From Eledone cirrhosa (taxonomy: Eukaryota): a stretch of DNA of 64,000 bases. Below, piece by piece: positions 41,216 to 54,631 of this stretch. The stretch spans positions 236,096,001 to 236,160,000 of the forward strand of contig OZ024740.1 of the NCBI GenBank assembly GCA_964016885.1. Reading direction: 5' to 3'. Position 1 is the first letter of the stretch, and the number at the start of each line of letters is the position of its first letter. Below the pieces are notes generated by a model. That model did not search any database. It saw only the letters and a list, made by a program, of their open reading frames with translations, and had not been told where the DNA came from. A program made the translations under genes and the position numbers.

Positions 41216-41658
41216 GTTTAACGTCCATCTTCCACGCTTGCATGGGTTTGGACGGGAATTTTCACACTTGAGGCAAGATTGGTTGTCTTGCTCGTATAGG
41301 ACTGTCTGGCAGGTTTTGTACGGCTGGATGCCCTTCCTATCACCAACCACGTTTACAGTGTGGACTAGGAAGTTTTTACCGTGTTACCTACACGGCCACA
41401 TTACAGCATGGACTGTGTGTTTTTTTTTTCGTGACACCTACACGACCTCATTTATTTCGGACTGGATGTTGTGGTACCAACATAACTTTACATCGAAAGG
41501 GGTGGTGTGGATGGGTGGGGGTGGTGGGACAGGGGGTGTATTTTTGTTAGAGGTGCCTACTGACTGTAGGTTTCGCTTTGTACTTAGGCAAGGCGGGTAT
41601 TCTGTATTACTGTGTAGCGCCAAAGATCTCGGTCCAGTGACATTGTATATATATATAT

Positions 41659-41696
<38 letters not shown>

Positions 41697-42019
41697 TATC
41701 GTTTAATGTTTATCTTCCACGCTAGCATGGGTTAGACGGGAATTGTCCCACTTGAGGCATGATTGATCAGGTAAGCGTGTCTCACTCGTATAGGACTATC
41801 TAGCAGGTTTTCTATGGCTGGATGCCCTTCCTAACACCAACCACATTTACAGTGTGGACTGGGAGTTTTTTTACCGTGTTTCTTACACGACCACATTACA
41901 GCGTGGACTGGGTGTTTTTTTTGTCGTGACACCTACACGACCTCTTTAGTTTGGACCGGATGTTGTGGTTCCAACATAACTTTATAGAGAATGGGTGGTG
42001 TGATATATATATATGTATG

Positions 42020-42057
<38 letters not shown>

Positions 42058-42058
<1 letters not shown>

Positions 42059-43268
42059 CAGGGAAATGGCCATGTTCAGTGTGTAGGAAAGGAGTAGGCA
42101 GAAATTCCATTTTATGTCCCAAATGCAAAGTATGGGTACATAAAAGATGTAGTGGGATCACAGGTAAACTATCTAAGAACGAAGACTTTATACGTGGCCG
42201 ATGCTCAGGTGCAATAAGTAGCAAGTGTCCACTGGATACTAGCTCTTTCTATTGCCCAGATGATTCTATAGAAATAGTAGACACTTTCTGTTACCTGGGT
42301 GACGAAATCAGCAGTGGAGGAGGGTGTTCTGAAAGTACAGTAGCCAGAGTCAGAACGGGATGGAAAAAGTTCAGAGAGCTTATACCGCTGTTGGCCACAA
42401 AAGGTTTCTCTCTGAAAATGAAAGGCAGATTGTATGATGCTTGTATACGAACAGCAATGCTACATGGCAGTGAGACATGGGCTTTACGTGCAGAGGACCT
42501 GCGCAGACTGAAAAGGAATGAAGCATGCATGCTCCGTTGGATGTGTAATAGTAATATACGTGAACGGCAAAGCATAAATGAATTAAGTGAGAAATTAGGA
42601 ATAAGAGGGATCAGATGCTATTTACTTGAGAGAAGACTACGTTGGTATGGCCACGTGATGCGCATGAAAGACGAGAGCTGTATAAAAAAGTGCAGGGCGA
42701 TCAAAATTGATGGTAGTTACGGAGTAGGTAGACCCAGAAAAACCTGGGACGATCTAATAAATTCTGACCTTACACACTTGCACCTCTCTAAGACAATGTC
42801 ACTGGACCGAGATCTTTGGCGCTACGCAGTAATACAGAAGACCTGCCTTGCCTATGTACAAAGCGAAACCTACAGTCAATAGGCACCTCTTAACCAAATA
42901 TATACCACAATCCATTACCCCTACCCTATCCTCCCACTCCCACCAACACCCCCCCCCCTCTCTGTAAAGTTGGTACCACAACATCCAGTCCAAATAAATG
43001 AGATAATGAGATCAAGATCGTGTAGGTGTCACGATAAAAAACATACAGTCCACGCTGTAATGTGGCCGTGTAGGTAACACGGTAAAAAGTTCCCAGTTTC
43101 CACACTGTAAATGTGGTTGGTGTTAGGAAGGGCATCCAGCCGTAGAAAACCTGCCAGAAAGTCCTATATGAGCGAGACACGGTCACCCGACAAACCTTGC
43201 CTCAAGTGGGACAACTCCCGTCTAACCCATGCTAGCATGGAAAATGGACGTTCAACGAAGATGATGAT
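42058..43268 (+). mobile_element. 5'-truncated RTE LINE family B (PHD finger, RT thumb, C-terminus, long 3' UTR)
   Basis: ORF 42079-42882: CSVCRKG..CPKCKVWVHKRC, FCYLGD, HGSETW, RLRWYGHV, RPRKTW. (GAT)n tail. Confidence 0.92.
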
Positions 43269-43287
43269 GATATACATATATATATAT

Positions 43288-43413
43288 GCCTGATAGTGGG
43301 GTTTATAACCCTCGGAGAAATGGAAAAAGATGAGTGTTGCCGAACATGCTCCCATTTACGGCAACACTCATTTTTTTCCATTTCTACGAGGGTTATAAAC
43401 CCCACTATCAGGC
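43288..43413. repeat. TA-flanked hairpin with ~55-bp arms
   Basis: gcctgatagtggggtttataaccctcg..gagtgttgccg / cggcaacactc..cgagggttataaaccccactatcaggc. Confidence 0.85.
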
Positions 43414-43652
43414 TAGAAATTTCTTTAGTCTAAAATACGGTGAAAGCTTATAATTTCTAATTTCTAATTTCAAACTCGCGCACCGTTTCAAAAACATACT
43501 TACATGTTTACGTTTATAATTTGCTTGTATATATATATATAAAGAATTAGTATATCTACCAACATATATATACAGATGCATACCTATGCTAGCAAATATA
43601 TAGGTTTTGTCTTAGTAACTTTGTGGGTCAATGCAAGGGGATGCAGAACAAT

Positions 43653-44744
<1,092 letters not shown>

Positions 44745-44761
44745 TAAAATAACAGATTAAA

Positions 44762-44810
44762 GTTTAAGCAAAGAATCGCTGCTTTCACCCTTAACGGGAT
44801 CTTCTGAAAC
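44762..44810 (-). ncRNA. Hammerhead variant (CAGAAGA core) in element 44740-45243
   Basis: Reverse complement: gttt-CAGAAGA-tccc-gttaa-gggt-GAAA-gca-gcgattctt-tgc-TT-aaac. Partial inverted copy at 45097-45131. Confidence 0.6.
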
Positions 44811-45239
44811 TAACAAAGTCAATCTGTAAACGCAGAACTGGATATTTCAAAAAACGTTGCAACCGGAGGAAGACAGGAAGACGATACTTTGGTTCATGGT
44901 GACGTTCGCTGGCGAAGAACGGGAAAAAACGAATATAATACGTCATTAATAGGAGCGGTGAAAAACAATTACGCGCAAAGACAGAACCACGTTTATGGTA
45001 TAAAAGAGGTCGTAGACTAATGTTCTCTTAGGTGGTTCATAGAGACGTTCTCTGGCGATGAACGAAAAAAACGAAGATAATACGTCATGTGTGGAGCGTT
45101 AAGGGTGAAAGCAGCGATTCTTTGCTTAAACTTTAATCTGTTATTTTAATAAATATTTGCTCTACGGTTCTTATATATTTGATATATATTTATCCTTATC
45201 GAGCCCTCTTTGGATTTTAGTCTTCAAATTTATTATTAT

Positions 45240-45284
<45 letters not shown>

Positions 45285-45319
45285 CACACACACATATGTA
45301 TATATATACACACATACAC

Positions 45320-46313
45320 TAGGTGTATAGGAGTGGCTGGTGAGGACAGTGCAAGTTATGTACAGTGGCCTGTCAGTAAAATGAGAGTAGGAATGGAGTT
45401 TAATGAGGAGTTCCAGATACAAGTAGGAGTTAATCAGAGTTCGGTCCTTAACCCACTCTTATTCATTATAGTTCTCCAAGCCATAGCAGAGGAGTTTAAG
45501 ACTGGCTGCCCATGGGAACTTCTCTATGCTGATGATCGGGTAGCAGAATCAGTAGAATATGTAGAATAGAATGTACACAATGTAGATCTTGGGTACACAA
45601 GAGGTGTAGTGGGATAGCAGGCAAACTAACAGGTAGGGAAACCTACATATGCAGTAGATGTTCATGGAAATTTGATTGTAGAAGTGTCAGTGATAAACAT
45701 ATTTATCAAATGCAGGTAGGATCTATAGAGGTGGTTGATAGCTTCCGATACCTAGGTGATCAAATTAGCAAGGGAGGAGGATGCTCCAAGGCCATAGTCT
45801 CTATAATAAGGACAGGATGGAAGAAGTTTATGGAGCTGCTTCCTCTGTTGAGAACGAAGGATTTCTCCCTACGAACGGTCAGTTATATGATGCTTGTGTG
45901 AGATGTGCAATGCTGCATGGTAGTGAGACATGGGTAGCAACTGCGAAGGATAACGACAGCTGGAGAGAAATGAAGCAAGCATGTTCCAATGGATGTGCGA
46001 TGTCAATGTGCGTGAACAACCAAGCATAGATGAGTTAAGAGTGAAACTAGGCATAAGAGGGATAAACTGTTGTGTGCAGGAGAAAAGACTGCATTGGTAT
46101 AGCCATGTGATGCACATGGAAGATTACCACTGGGTGAAGAAGTGCCAAGAAATGCCAGTGGGAGGAATATGTAGTAGAGGAAGACCACAAAAAATATGGG
46201 CAGAGGTGGTGAGAGCAGACCTCAAATCGCTGAAGCTCACAGAGGAGATGAAGGACCATGACAAATGAAGAGGACTCATCCCAGCCTTGCAAGCAGGGAA
46301 AAGCATATGTAAA

Positions 46314-46342
<29 letters not shown>
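45320..46342 (+). mobile_element. Degenerate RTE LINE family A 3' half
   Basis: GVNQSSVLNP, LLYADD, FRYLGD, HGSETW and RLHWYSHV motifs in broken frames. (GAT)n tail. Confidence 0.9.
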
Positions 46343-46344
<2 letters not shown>

Positions 46345-46400
46345 GGGTGACATACATATATATATATATAAACACACATATATATATTCAAGCATATACG

Positions 46401-46442
<42 letters not shown>

Positions 46443-46692
46443 CATAACATGGTCATCTGACCTAGCATTGCTCACAACAGCATAACTCGTCTAACCCATG
46501 CCAGCATGGAAAAATGGACGTTAAACAGTGATGATGATGATGGTGATATATATACATATACATATATATATATATACCCTTCAATGGACTGGCGTCCTGT
46601 CCAGGGATAAGTCTTGTAATCTCAATCACTTCACACCATGAAACCAGGATAAGCACTGGCTTGACAGACTTTAGGCTTAGACTTTAGATATA

Positions 46693-48475
46693 TCATCATC
46701 ATCATCATCATCGTTTAACGTCCATCTTCAACGCTTGCATGGGCTTGGACGGGAGTTTTCACACTTGAGGCAAGATTGGTTGTCTTGCTCGTATAGGACT
46801 GTCTGGCGTGTTTTCTACGGCTGGATGCCATTCCTAACACCAACCACGTTTACAGTGTGGACTGGGAGGTTTTGTTGTCGTGACACCTACACGACCTCAT
46901 TTGTTTCGGACTAGATGTTGTGGTACCAACATAACTTCAAATTGAAGGGGCGGGGGATGGGGGTAGTAGGACGGAGCTGTATTTTTGTTAGAGGTGCCTA
47001 CTGACTGTAGGTTTCGTTTGTACATAGGCAAGGCGGGTCTTCTGTATTACTGTGTAGCACCAAAGATCTCGGTCCAGTGACATTGTCTTGGAGAGGTGTA
47101 AGTGTGTAAGGTCGGAATTTATCAAGTCGTCCCAGGTTTTTCTAGGTCTGCCTATTCCGTGGCTACCGTCTATTTTTATTGCCCTGCACTTTTTTATACA
47201 GCTGTCGTCTTTCATGCGCATCACGTGACCATACCAACGTAGTCTTCTCTCGAGTAAACAACATCTGATCCCTCTTATTTCTAATTTTTCCCTAAGTTCA
47301 TTTATGCTTTGCCGTTCACGTATATTACTATTACACATCCAGCGGAGCATGCAAGCTTCGTTCCTCTCCAGTCTGCGTATATCCTCTGCACACAATGCCC
47401 AGGTCTCACTGCCATGTAACATTGCTGTTCGTATGCAGGCATCATACAGCCTGCCTTTCATTTTTAGAGAGAACCCTTTAGCGGCTAATAGTGGTATAAG
47501 CTCTCTGAACTTTTTCCATCCCGTTCTGACTCTAGCTACTGTACTTTCAGAGCACCCTCCTCCACTGCTGATTGTGTCACCTAGGTAACGGAAGCTGTCC
47601 ACTATTTCTATAGAACCATCTGTGCAATGGAATGAGCTTGTATTCTGTGGGCACTTGCTGCTACTTATTGCACCAGAGCACCGGCCACATATAAAATCTA
47701 TATTCTTAGTTAGCTTAATGTGATCACACTGCATCTTTTATGCACCCATACTTTGCCTTTGGGACATAAAATGGAGTTTCTGCCTACTCCTTTCCTACAC
47801 ACTTAGCATGGCCATTTCCCAGATGGCACCGGTGCCCTATTTTCCTTCCTACAAACTAGAACTTTAGTCTTAGACAAGTTAATTTTAAGGCCTTTTGATT
47901 CTAGGCCATGCTTCCATGTTTGGAATTTCTTCTCTAGTTCAGCCATTGATTCAGCTAAGAGCGTTAGATCATCTGCATATAGGAGTTCCCATGGGCAGCC
48001 GGTCTTGAACTCCTCTGTTATAGCCTGAAGGGCAACAATAAATAGTAGGGGGCTAAGAACGGAGCCCTGATGAACACCAACTTTTACGCTAAACTCTTCA
48101 CTATATTCGTTGTTAATTCTAACCTTGCTGACTGTTTCTTTATACATGGCTTGTATAGCTCTCACAAGCCTATTCATCAACACCTAGTTTTCTAAGCGCC
48201 CACCAGATAATGGAGCGGGGGACTCTGTCAAATGCTTTCTCCAAGTCAACAAAATCTAAGTATAGGAGTTTACTTTTAGCTAGGTACTTCTCCTGTAGTT
48301 GTCGTACAATGAAAAGAGCGTCTGTGGTACTTTTACCTGACACAAACCCGAACTGCATTTCAGCCAGATCAATTCGCTCTCTGATTAGTTGAGCTATTAC
48401 TTTTTCTGTGACCTTCATGACCTGGTTGATTAATTTAATGCCTCTATAGTTACCCCTATCTAGGGCATCTCCTTC
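46693..48475 (-). mobile_element. RTE LINE family B, RT through 3' tail, frameshifted
   Basis: ORFs 48170-48571, 47803-48183 (GVHQGSVLSP, LLYADD) and 46988-47734. Confidence 0.92.
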
Positions 48476-48554
48476 ATATATATATATGTATATATATATA
48501 TATATGCTAGCATGGAAGATAGACGTTAAATGATGATGATGATGATGATATATC

Positions 48555-50098
48555 ATCTTCATCATCATCATTATCGTTTAACGTACATATTCCACGCTTG
48601 CATGGGTTTGGACGGGAGTTTTCCCACTTGAGGCAAGAGTGGTTGTCTTGCTCGCATAGGACTATCTGGCGGGTTTACTACGGCTGGATGCCCTTCCTAA
48701 CACCAACCACGTTTACAGTGTGGACTGGGAGGTTTTTACCGTGTTACCTACACGGCCACATTACAGCGTGGACTGTGTGTTTTGTTGTCGTGACACCTAC
48801 ACGACCTCATTTGTTTCGGACTGGATGTTGTGGTACCAACATAACTTTACATTGAAAGGGGTGGTGTGGATGGGGGTGGGGTAGTAGGACGGAGGTGTAT
48901 TTTTGTTAGAGGTGCCTACTGACTGTAGTAGGTTTCACTTTGTACTTAGGTAATGCGGGTCTTCTGTATTACTGTGTAGCGCCAAAGATCTCGGTCCAGT
49001 GACATTGTCTTGGAGAGGTGTAAGTGTGTAAGGTCGGAATTTATCAAGTCGTCCCAGGTTTTTCTGGGTCTGCCTACTCCGTGGCTACCGTTTATTTTTA
49101 TTGCCCTGCACTTTTTTATACAGCTGTCGTTTTTCATGCGCATCACGTGACCATACCAACGTAGTCTTCTCTCAAGTAAACAACATCTGATCCCTCTTAT
49201 TTCTAATTTTTCCCTTAGTTCGTTTATGCTTTGCCGTTCACGTATATTAATTACTATTACACATCCAGCGGAGCATGCAAGCTTCGTTCCTCTCCAGTCT
49301 GCGTATATCTGCTGCTCACAAGCCATTCATCAACACCTAGTTTTCTAAGAGCCCACCAGATAATGGAATGGGGGATTCTGTCAAAGGCTTTCTCCAAGTC
49401 GACAAAAGCTAAGTATAGGGGTTTACTTTTAGCTAGGTACTTCTCCTGTAGTTGTCGTACAATGAAAAGAGCGTCTGTGGTACTTTTACCTGACACAAAC
49501 CCGAACTGCATTCCATCTAGATCAATTCGCTCTCTGATTAGTTGCGCTATTACTTTTTCTGTGACCTTCATGACCTCGTCGATTAATTTAATGCCTCTAT
49601 AGTTACCCCTATCTAGGGAATCTCCTTTACCCTTGTAGCAATTAATGATGATGCTGCTACGCCAGTCCTTCGGAACAACCCCATTCTGTATGACTTGGTT
49701 TACTATCCGTGTGACCATGGTGTGTCCCACCGTTCCAGAAGCTTTCAGCATTTCAGCAACTATTTCCGAAGGCCCAGCCGCCTTACCCGTCTTCATATCT
49801 TTGATTGCCTTACTTATTATACTACCTTCGACTAACACTGCTGGTCCCTCTATTGGATCGATGTGGGGGAGACTGTCTTTCTCCCATTTATTCTCCTCAT
49901 TTAGTAGCCTTTCGTAGTGACACTTCCAAGCTACCTTCTTATCAGCGTCAGTGATGGCAAGTACGCCGTCATCGTTAAGTACACACTTCTCCCCGACAAT
50001 ATCACGGTTTTCCTTGACACATTACCTAGCAATCCTGAACACCTCACATTTTTGGTCCTCGCGTTGTAGAACATGCTTGAACTTTCTTTCCTCTGCTT

Positions 50099-50100
<2 letters not shown>
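48555..50100 (-). mobile_element. RTE LINE family B copy with an internal deletion removing the YADD and PHD regions
   Basis: ORF 49257-49838 (KAAGPS, QFGF, DLEKAFD) joins near 49313 directly to C-terminal sequence. Confidence 0.88.
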
Positions 50101-50149
<49 letters not shown>

Positions 50150-50152
<3 letters not shown>

Positions 50153-50940
50153 TCATCATCGTCGTTTTTACATTAGTTTTTCCATGTGTGCATGGGTTGG
50201 ACAGGCCCTTTTCAGCATAGAATCTCTCTGCTTTTCGTGTTCCTTTGTCATCTCCTCTGTGAGTCTCAGCAATTTGAGATCAACTCTCACCACTTCTGCC
50301 CAGTTCTTCCTTAGTCTACCTTTTTTGTAGCTTCCTAGCACTTCTTCACCCAACAACCATCATCTATGTGCATCACATGTCCCGTACCAATGCAATCTTC
50401 TCCCTTGCACACAACTTTGGATAACTCTTCATCCAAACTCTGTCTTTCTCTCACATTTACATAGTACATCAAACAAAGCATGACTACTTCGTTTCTCTCC
50501 TGTCTATGCATGTCCTCTGCAGTCACTGCCCATGTTTCACTACCATGCAGTATCGTACTTCGCACACAGGCATCATACAGCTGTCCTTTTGTACATAGAG
50601 AAACCTTTTGTTGTGAGCAGTGGCAGTAGCTCTCTAAAGTCTTAAATCCTATCCTTATTCTAGTTATTATGATCTCAGAGCGCCTTCCTCTGCTGCTAGT
50701 TAGGTCATGTAGATAGCATAGATAGCTGAAGCTATCAACCACAACTTTGGATCCATCATGTGATTGCAAAAGGTTTATATCAGTGATGCTCTTCCCTTTG
50801 ATTACTCCTGTGCACCTTTTACATAAAATTCTTCTCTTCTTGTTAGTCTACTTGTTATTCCACTACATCTATTGTATATTGAAGATCTACATTGTGTACA
50901 TTGTATAGATTTTATGCCTACTCCTTTTCTACATATTAAG
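50150..50940 (-). mobile_element. Old degenerate RTE LINE 3' fragment
   Basis: CLICRKGVG..CTQC and LYDACVRSTILHGSETW. Confidence 0.8.
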
Positions 50941-51220
50941 CAAAATGGTTTGAGAGCCGATGAGGGTGAAGACGTGTGTGTGTGTAAACTTGTCTTGTAC
51001 TTGGCCTTATTTCCTCTGTGCACCAACACATTTCTCCATGTCCTCCTTCTCTTTCAATCTTTTCTATGTTTCATCTGCCTGTCACCCAGCTTGTGGACTG
51101 TCTCTCTATTGACCACTGGCCGCTGGTCTCTGTCTTCTGAGGCATTTTTGCCCATCGCTGTCTTTGACAGCATTTAGCTGCTTTAACAGCTGTTTTAACG
51201 TTTAGTTTTCTCATTTTATA

Positions 51221-51478
<258 letters not shown>

Positions 51479-52120
51479 GAGGCACATGGCTTAGTGGTTA
51501 GAGCATTGGCCTTGCAATCGAAAGGTTGTGAGTTCAATTCTCAGACCGGGTGATGTGTTGTTTCCTTGAGCAAGACACTTTATTTCACATTGCTCCAGTT
51601 TACTCAGCTGTAGAAATGAGATGATAGGGACTGGGGTCCCTATCATTCCACTGCAAAGTGGTCGTGGAGGTGCCACGGCAAAAAAGCACCCAGCACTCAC
51701 TGTAAATGAGGTTGGTGTTAGGAAGGGCATCCAGCTGTAGAAATCAAGCCAGAATCAGTTCCCGTCCCACCCTTGCAAGCAGGGAAAAGCGGACGTGAAA
51801 TGAAATGATGATGATGATGTTGTATATATATATAGTGGTAAGGGTGTTGGACTTATGATCATAATGCTGTGTGTTTGATTCCTGGGTTGCGTATTGTGTT
51901 CTTGAGCAAAACATTTCATTTCACATTGCTCCAGTATAGTCAGCTGAAAATAAGTGCCAGCAATAGCTGGGGGTTTAACCCTGCGATGGACTACTCTCAG
52001 TCGCTTCATACCAATGAACCTTCTGGCTTAAGACAGGCTTCAGACTTTAGATATATATATATGTATGTATGTACAATGAATAAAAATAGCCAGGATTAAA
52101 TTACATTAAATTATTTAATT

Positions 52121-52188
52121 GATTTAAAAATGTTTCAATCAATACAATACGAAAAAATCATTTCTACTGTATTGATTTCTTCAGAATC
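52121..52188 (-). ncRNA. Hammerhead-like motif with a degenerate stem III
   Basis: Reverse complement: gatt-CTGAAGA-aatcaataca..tgtattgatt-GAAA-catttt-TA-aatc. Confidence 0.6.
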
Positions 52189-52579
52189 TATTAAACAACA
52201 TAAATAACATAATTATTTACCAACCACATGTCTAAACATCGCACCGCATTTGAGCTTTGAATTATTCTTTGAATTTATATCTTTGTGTTATCAACTCATC
52301 TAAACTATTTTATGTATATATATATATATTGTTATACTTTGGGAGGGTCATGTTGCCAATAAGAAACACACGCACCAGTTGCTTTCACTTCAATTTATTA
52401 TAATAAATTTATAAATTTAGGAATTTATAAATTTCCGGTTGGTTGGTTGGTTCCACAACCAGATGGTTGTTCATATATTGTCAAAGTTCTTTCGTCACAC
52501 ATTCTGTGACCATCTTGTTTCTCAAGATGGCGTAGGACAGAACAAAGGAGAGGCACACAAACAAAGAAAAGAATCCCCA

Positions 52580-52622
52580 GTCACTGAAGAGGTCACAGAA
52601 TGTGTGACGAAAGAACTTTGAC
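52580..52622 (+). ncRNA. Minimal hammerhead (39807 family)
   Basis: gtca-CTGAAGA-g-gtcaca-gaatg-tgtgac-GAAA-gaac-TT-tgac. Confidence 0.7.
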
Positions 52623-53018
52623 AATATATAAACAACCATCTGGTTGTGGAACCAACCAACCAACCGGAAATTTATAAATTTATTATAATAAATTGAAGTG
52701 AAAGCAACTGGTGCATGTGTTTCTAAATGCGGTGCGATGTTTAGACATGTGGTTGGTAAATAATTATGTTATTTATGTTGTTTAATAGATTCTGAAGAAT
52801 ACTACTGTACGTCTGTATACATATATGTATGTACGTGTACATACTTATATTTAAGTAACAGCCGTACTAAGAGTGGGAAATGAAATTTCGTTTCATTTTT
52901 CCGTTTATCGTTTTCGGTGCACCCGGCCGATTAACCCACTCGATATGCAAATTGGGCTACTCATCCGTTAATATGCATAAGGTAAGTATATACGTTAAAC
53001 AATCTGGCAGGAAGGTAT

Positions 53019-53061
53019 ACGTTGCTGACGATAGCTAATAAGCTTGAAACTAGTACAGCGT
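53019..53061 (+). ncRNA. Minimal type I hammerhead ribozyme, array unit 1
   Basis: acgttg-CTGACGA-t-agct-aata-agct-t-GAAA-ctag-TA-cagcgt. GUA triplet, cut after 53055. Confidence 0.88.
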
Positions 53062-53440
53062 TCCTTTGTCAGTGTTGAACAAACGAGCAACGATGGTTGC
53101 TAGACACTACGGCTTAATACGGGATGTTTGTTTACAAACACACCGAGCATTATAATAAATGTTCGGTGAATCCATACGTACATATATATATGTGTGCATG
53201 TATGTATATATATATATACATACTACTGTACGTCTGTATACATATATGTATGTACGTGTACATACTTATATTTAAGTAACAGCCGTACTACGAGTGGGAA
53301 ATGAAATTTCGTTTCATTTTTTCCGTTTATCGTTTTCGGTGCACCCGGCCGATTAACCCACTCGATATGCAAATTGGGCTACTCAGCCGTTAATATGCAT
53401 AAGGTAAGTATATACGTTCAACAATCTGGCAGGAAGGTAT

Positions 53441-53483
53441 ACGTTGCTGACGATAGCTAATAAGCTTGAAACTAGTACAGCGT
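53441..53483 (+). ncRNA. Minimal type I hammerhead ribozyme, array unit 2
   Basis: Identical to unit 1. Cut after 53477. Confidence 0.88.
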
Positions 53484-53856
53484 TTCTTTGTCAGTTTTGA
53501 ACAAACGAGCAACGATGGTTGCTAGACACTACGGCTTAATACGGGATGTTTGTTTACAAACACACCGAGCATTATAATAAATGTTCGGTGAATCCATACG
53601 TACATATATATATATGTGTGCATGTATGTATATACATACTACTGTACATCTGTATACATATATGTATGTACGTGTACATACTTATATTTAAGTAACAGCC
53701 GTACTAAGAGTGGGAAATGATATTTCGTTTCATTTTTTCCGTTTATCGTTTTTGGTGCACCCGGCCGATTAACCCACTCGATATGCAAATTGGGCTGCTC
53801 AGCCGTTAATATGCATAAGGTAAGTATATACGTTCAACAATCTGGCAGGAAGGTAT

Positions 53857-53899
53857 ACGTTGCTGACGATAGCTAATAAGCTTGAAACTAGTACATCGT
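53857..53899 (+). ncRNA. Minimal type I hammerhead ribozyme, array unit 3
   Basis: Same core with one stem I substitution (catcgt). Cut after 53893. Confidence 0.85.
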
Positions 53900-54038
53900 T
53901 TCTTTGTCAGTTTTGAACAAACGAGCAACGATGGTTGCTAGACACTACGGCTTAATACGGGATGTTTGTTTACAAACACACCGAGCATTATAATAAATGT
54001 TCGGTGAATCCATACGTACATATATATATGTATGCATG

Positions 54039-54076
<38 letters not shown>

Positions 54077-54631
54077 CTACTGTACGTCTGTATACATATA
54101 TGTATGTACGTATACATACTTATATTTAAGTAACAGCCGTACTAAGAGTGGGAAATGAAATTTCGTTTCTTTTTTTCCGTTTATATATATATATATTGTT
54201 TATGAAGGCGTGTGGCTGAGTGGTTAGAGAATTGGATTCGCAATCGTAAGGTTGTGAGTTCGATTCCTGGACCAGGCGATGCGTTATGTCCTTGAGCAAG
54301 ACACTTTATTTCACGTCGCTCCTTCTACCTGGAGTTGCGACCGATAGATAGTATTAGCAATTGGAAAGACCAACGGAAACATTGTTCCCTCGGTCCGATT
54401 TGACGAAAGTCGATCGTTCCTATATATTGTTTATACTTTAGGAGGGTTATATTGCCAATAAAAACATCCACTTGTTGGTTTTCACTTCAATTTATTACAA
54501 GTTTCCGGTTGGTTGGTTCGATAACCAGAGGTTGTTTATATATTCTCAAAGCTCTTTCGTCACACATTCAGTGACTAGGTTTTTATTTTGTGTGTCTCTC
54601 CTTTGTTTTGTCCTACATCATCTTGTTTTTA

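Larger units (their letters stand above)
52800..54183 (+). repeat. Tandem array of ~420-bp units (3.3 copies), one hammerhead per unit; retrozyme-like
   Basis: Units start at about 52800, 53221, 53637 and 54075, are highly similar, and each complete unit contains an HHR. Confidence 0.92.
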
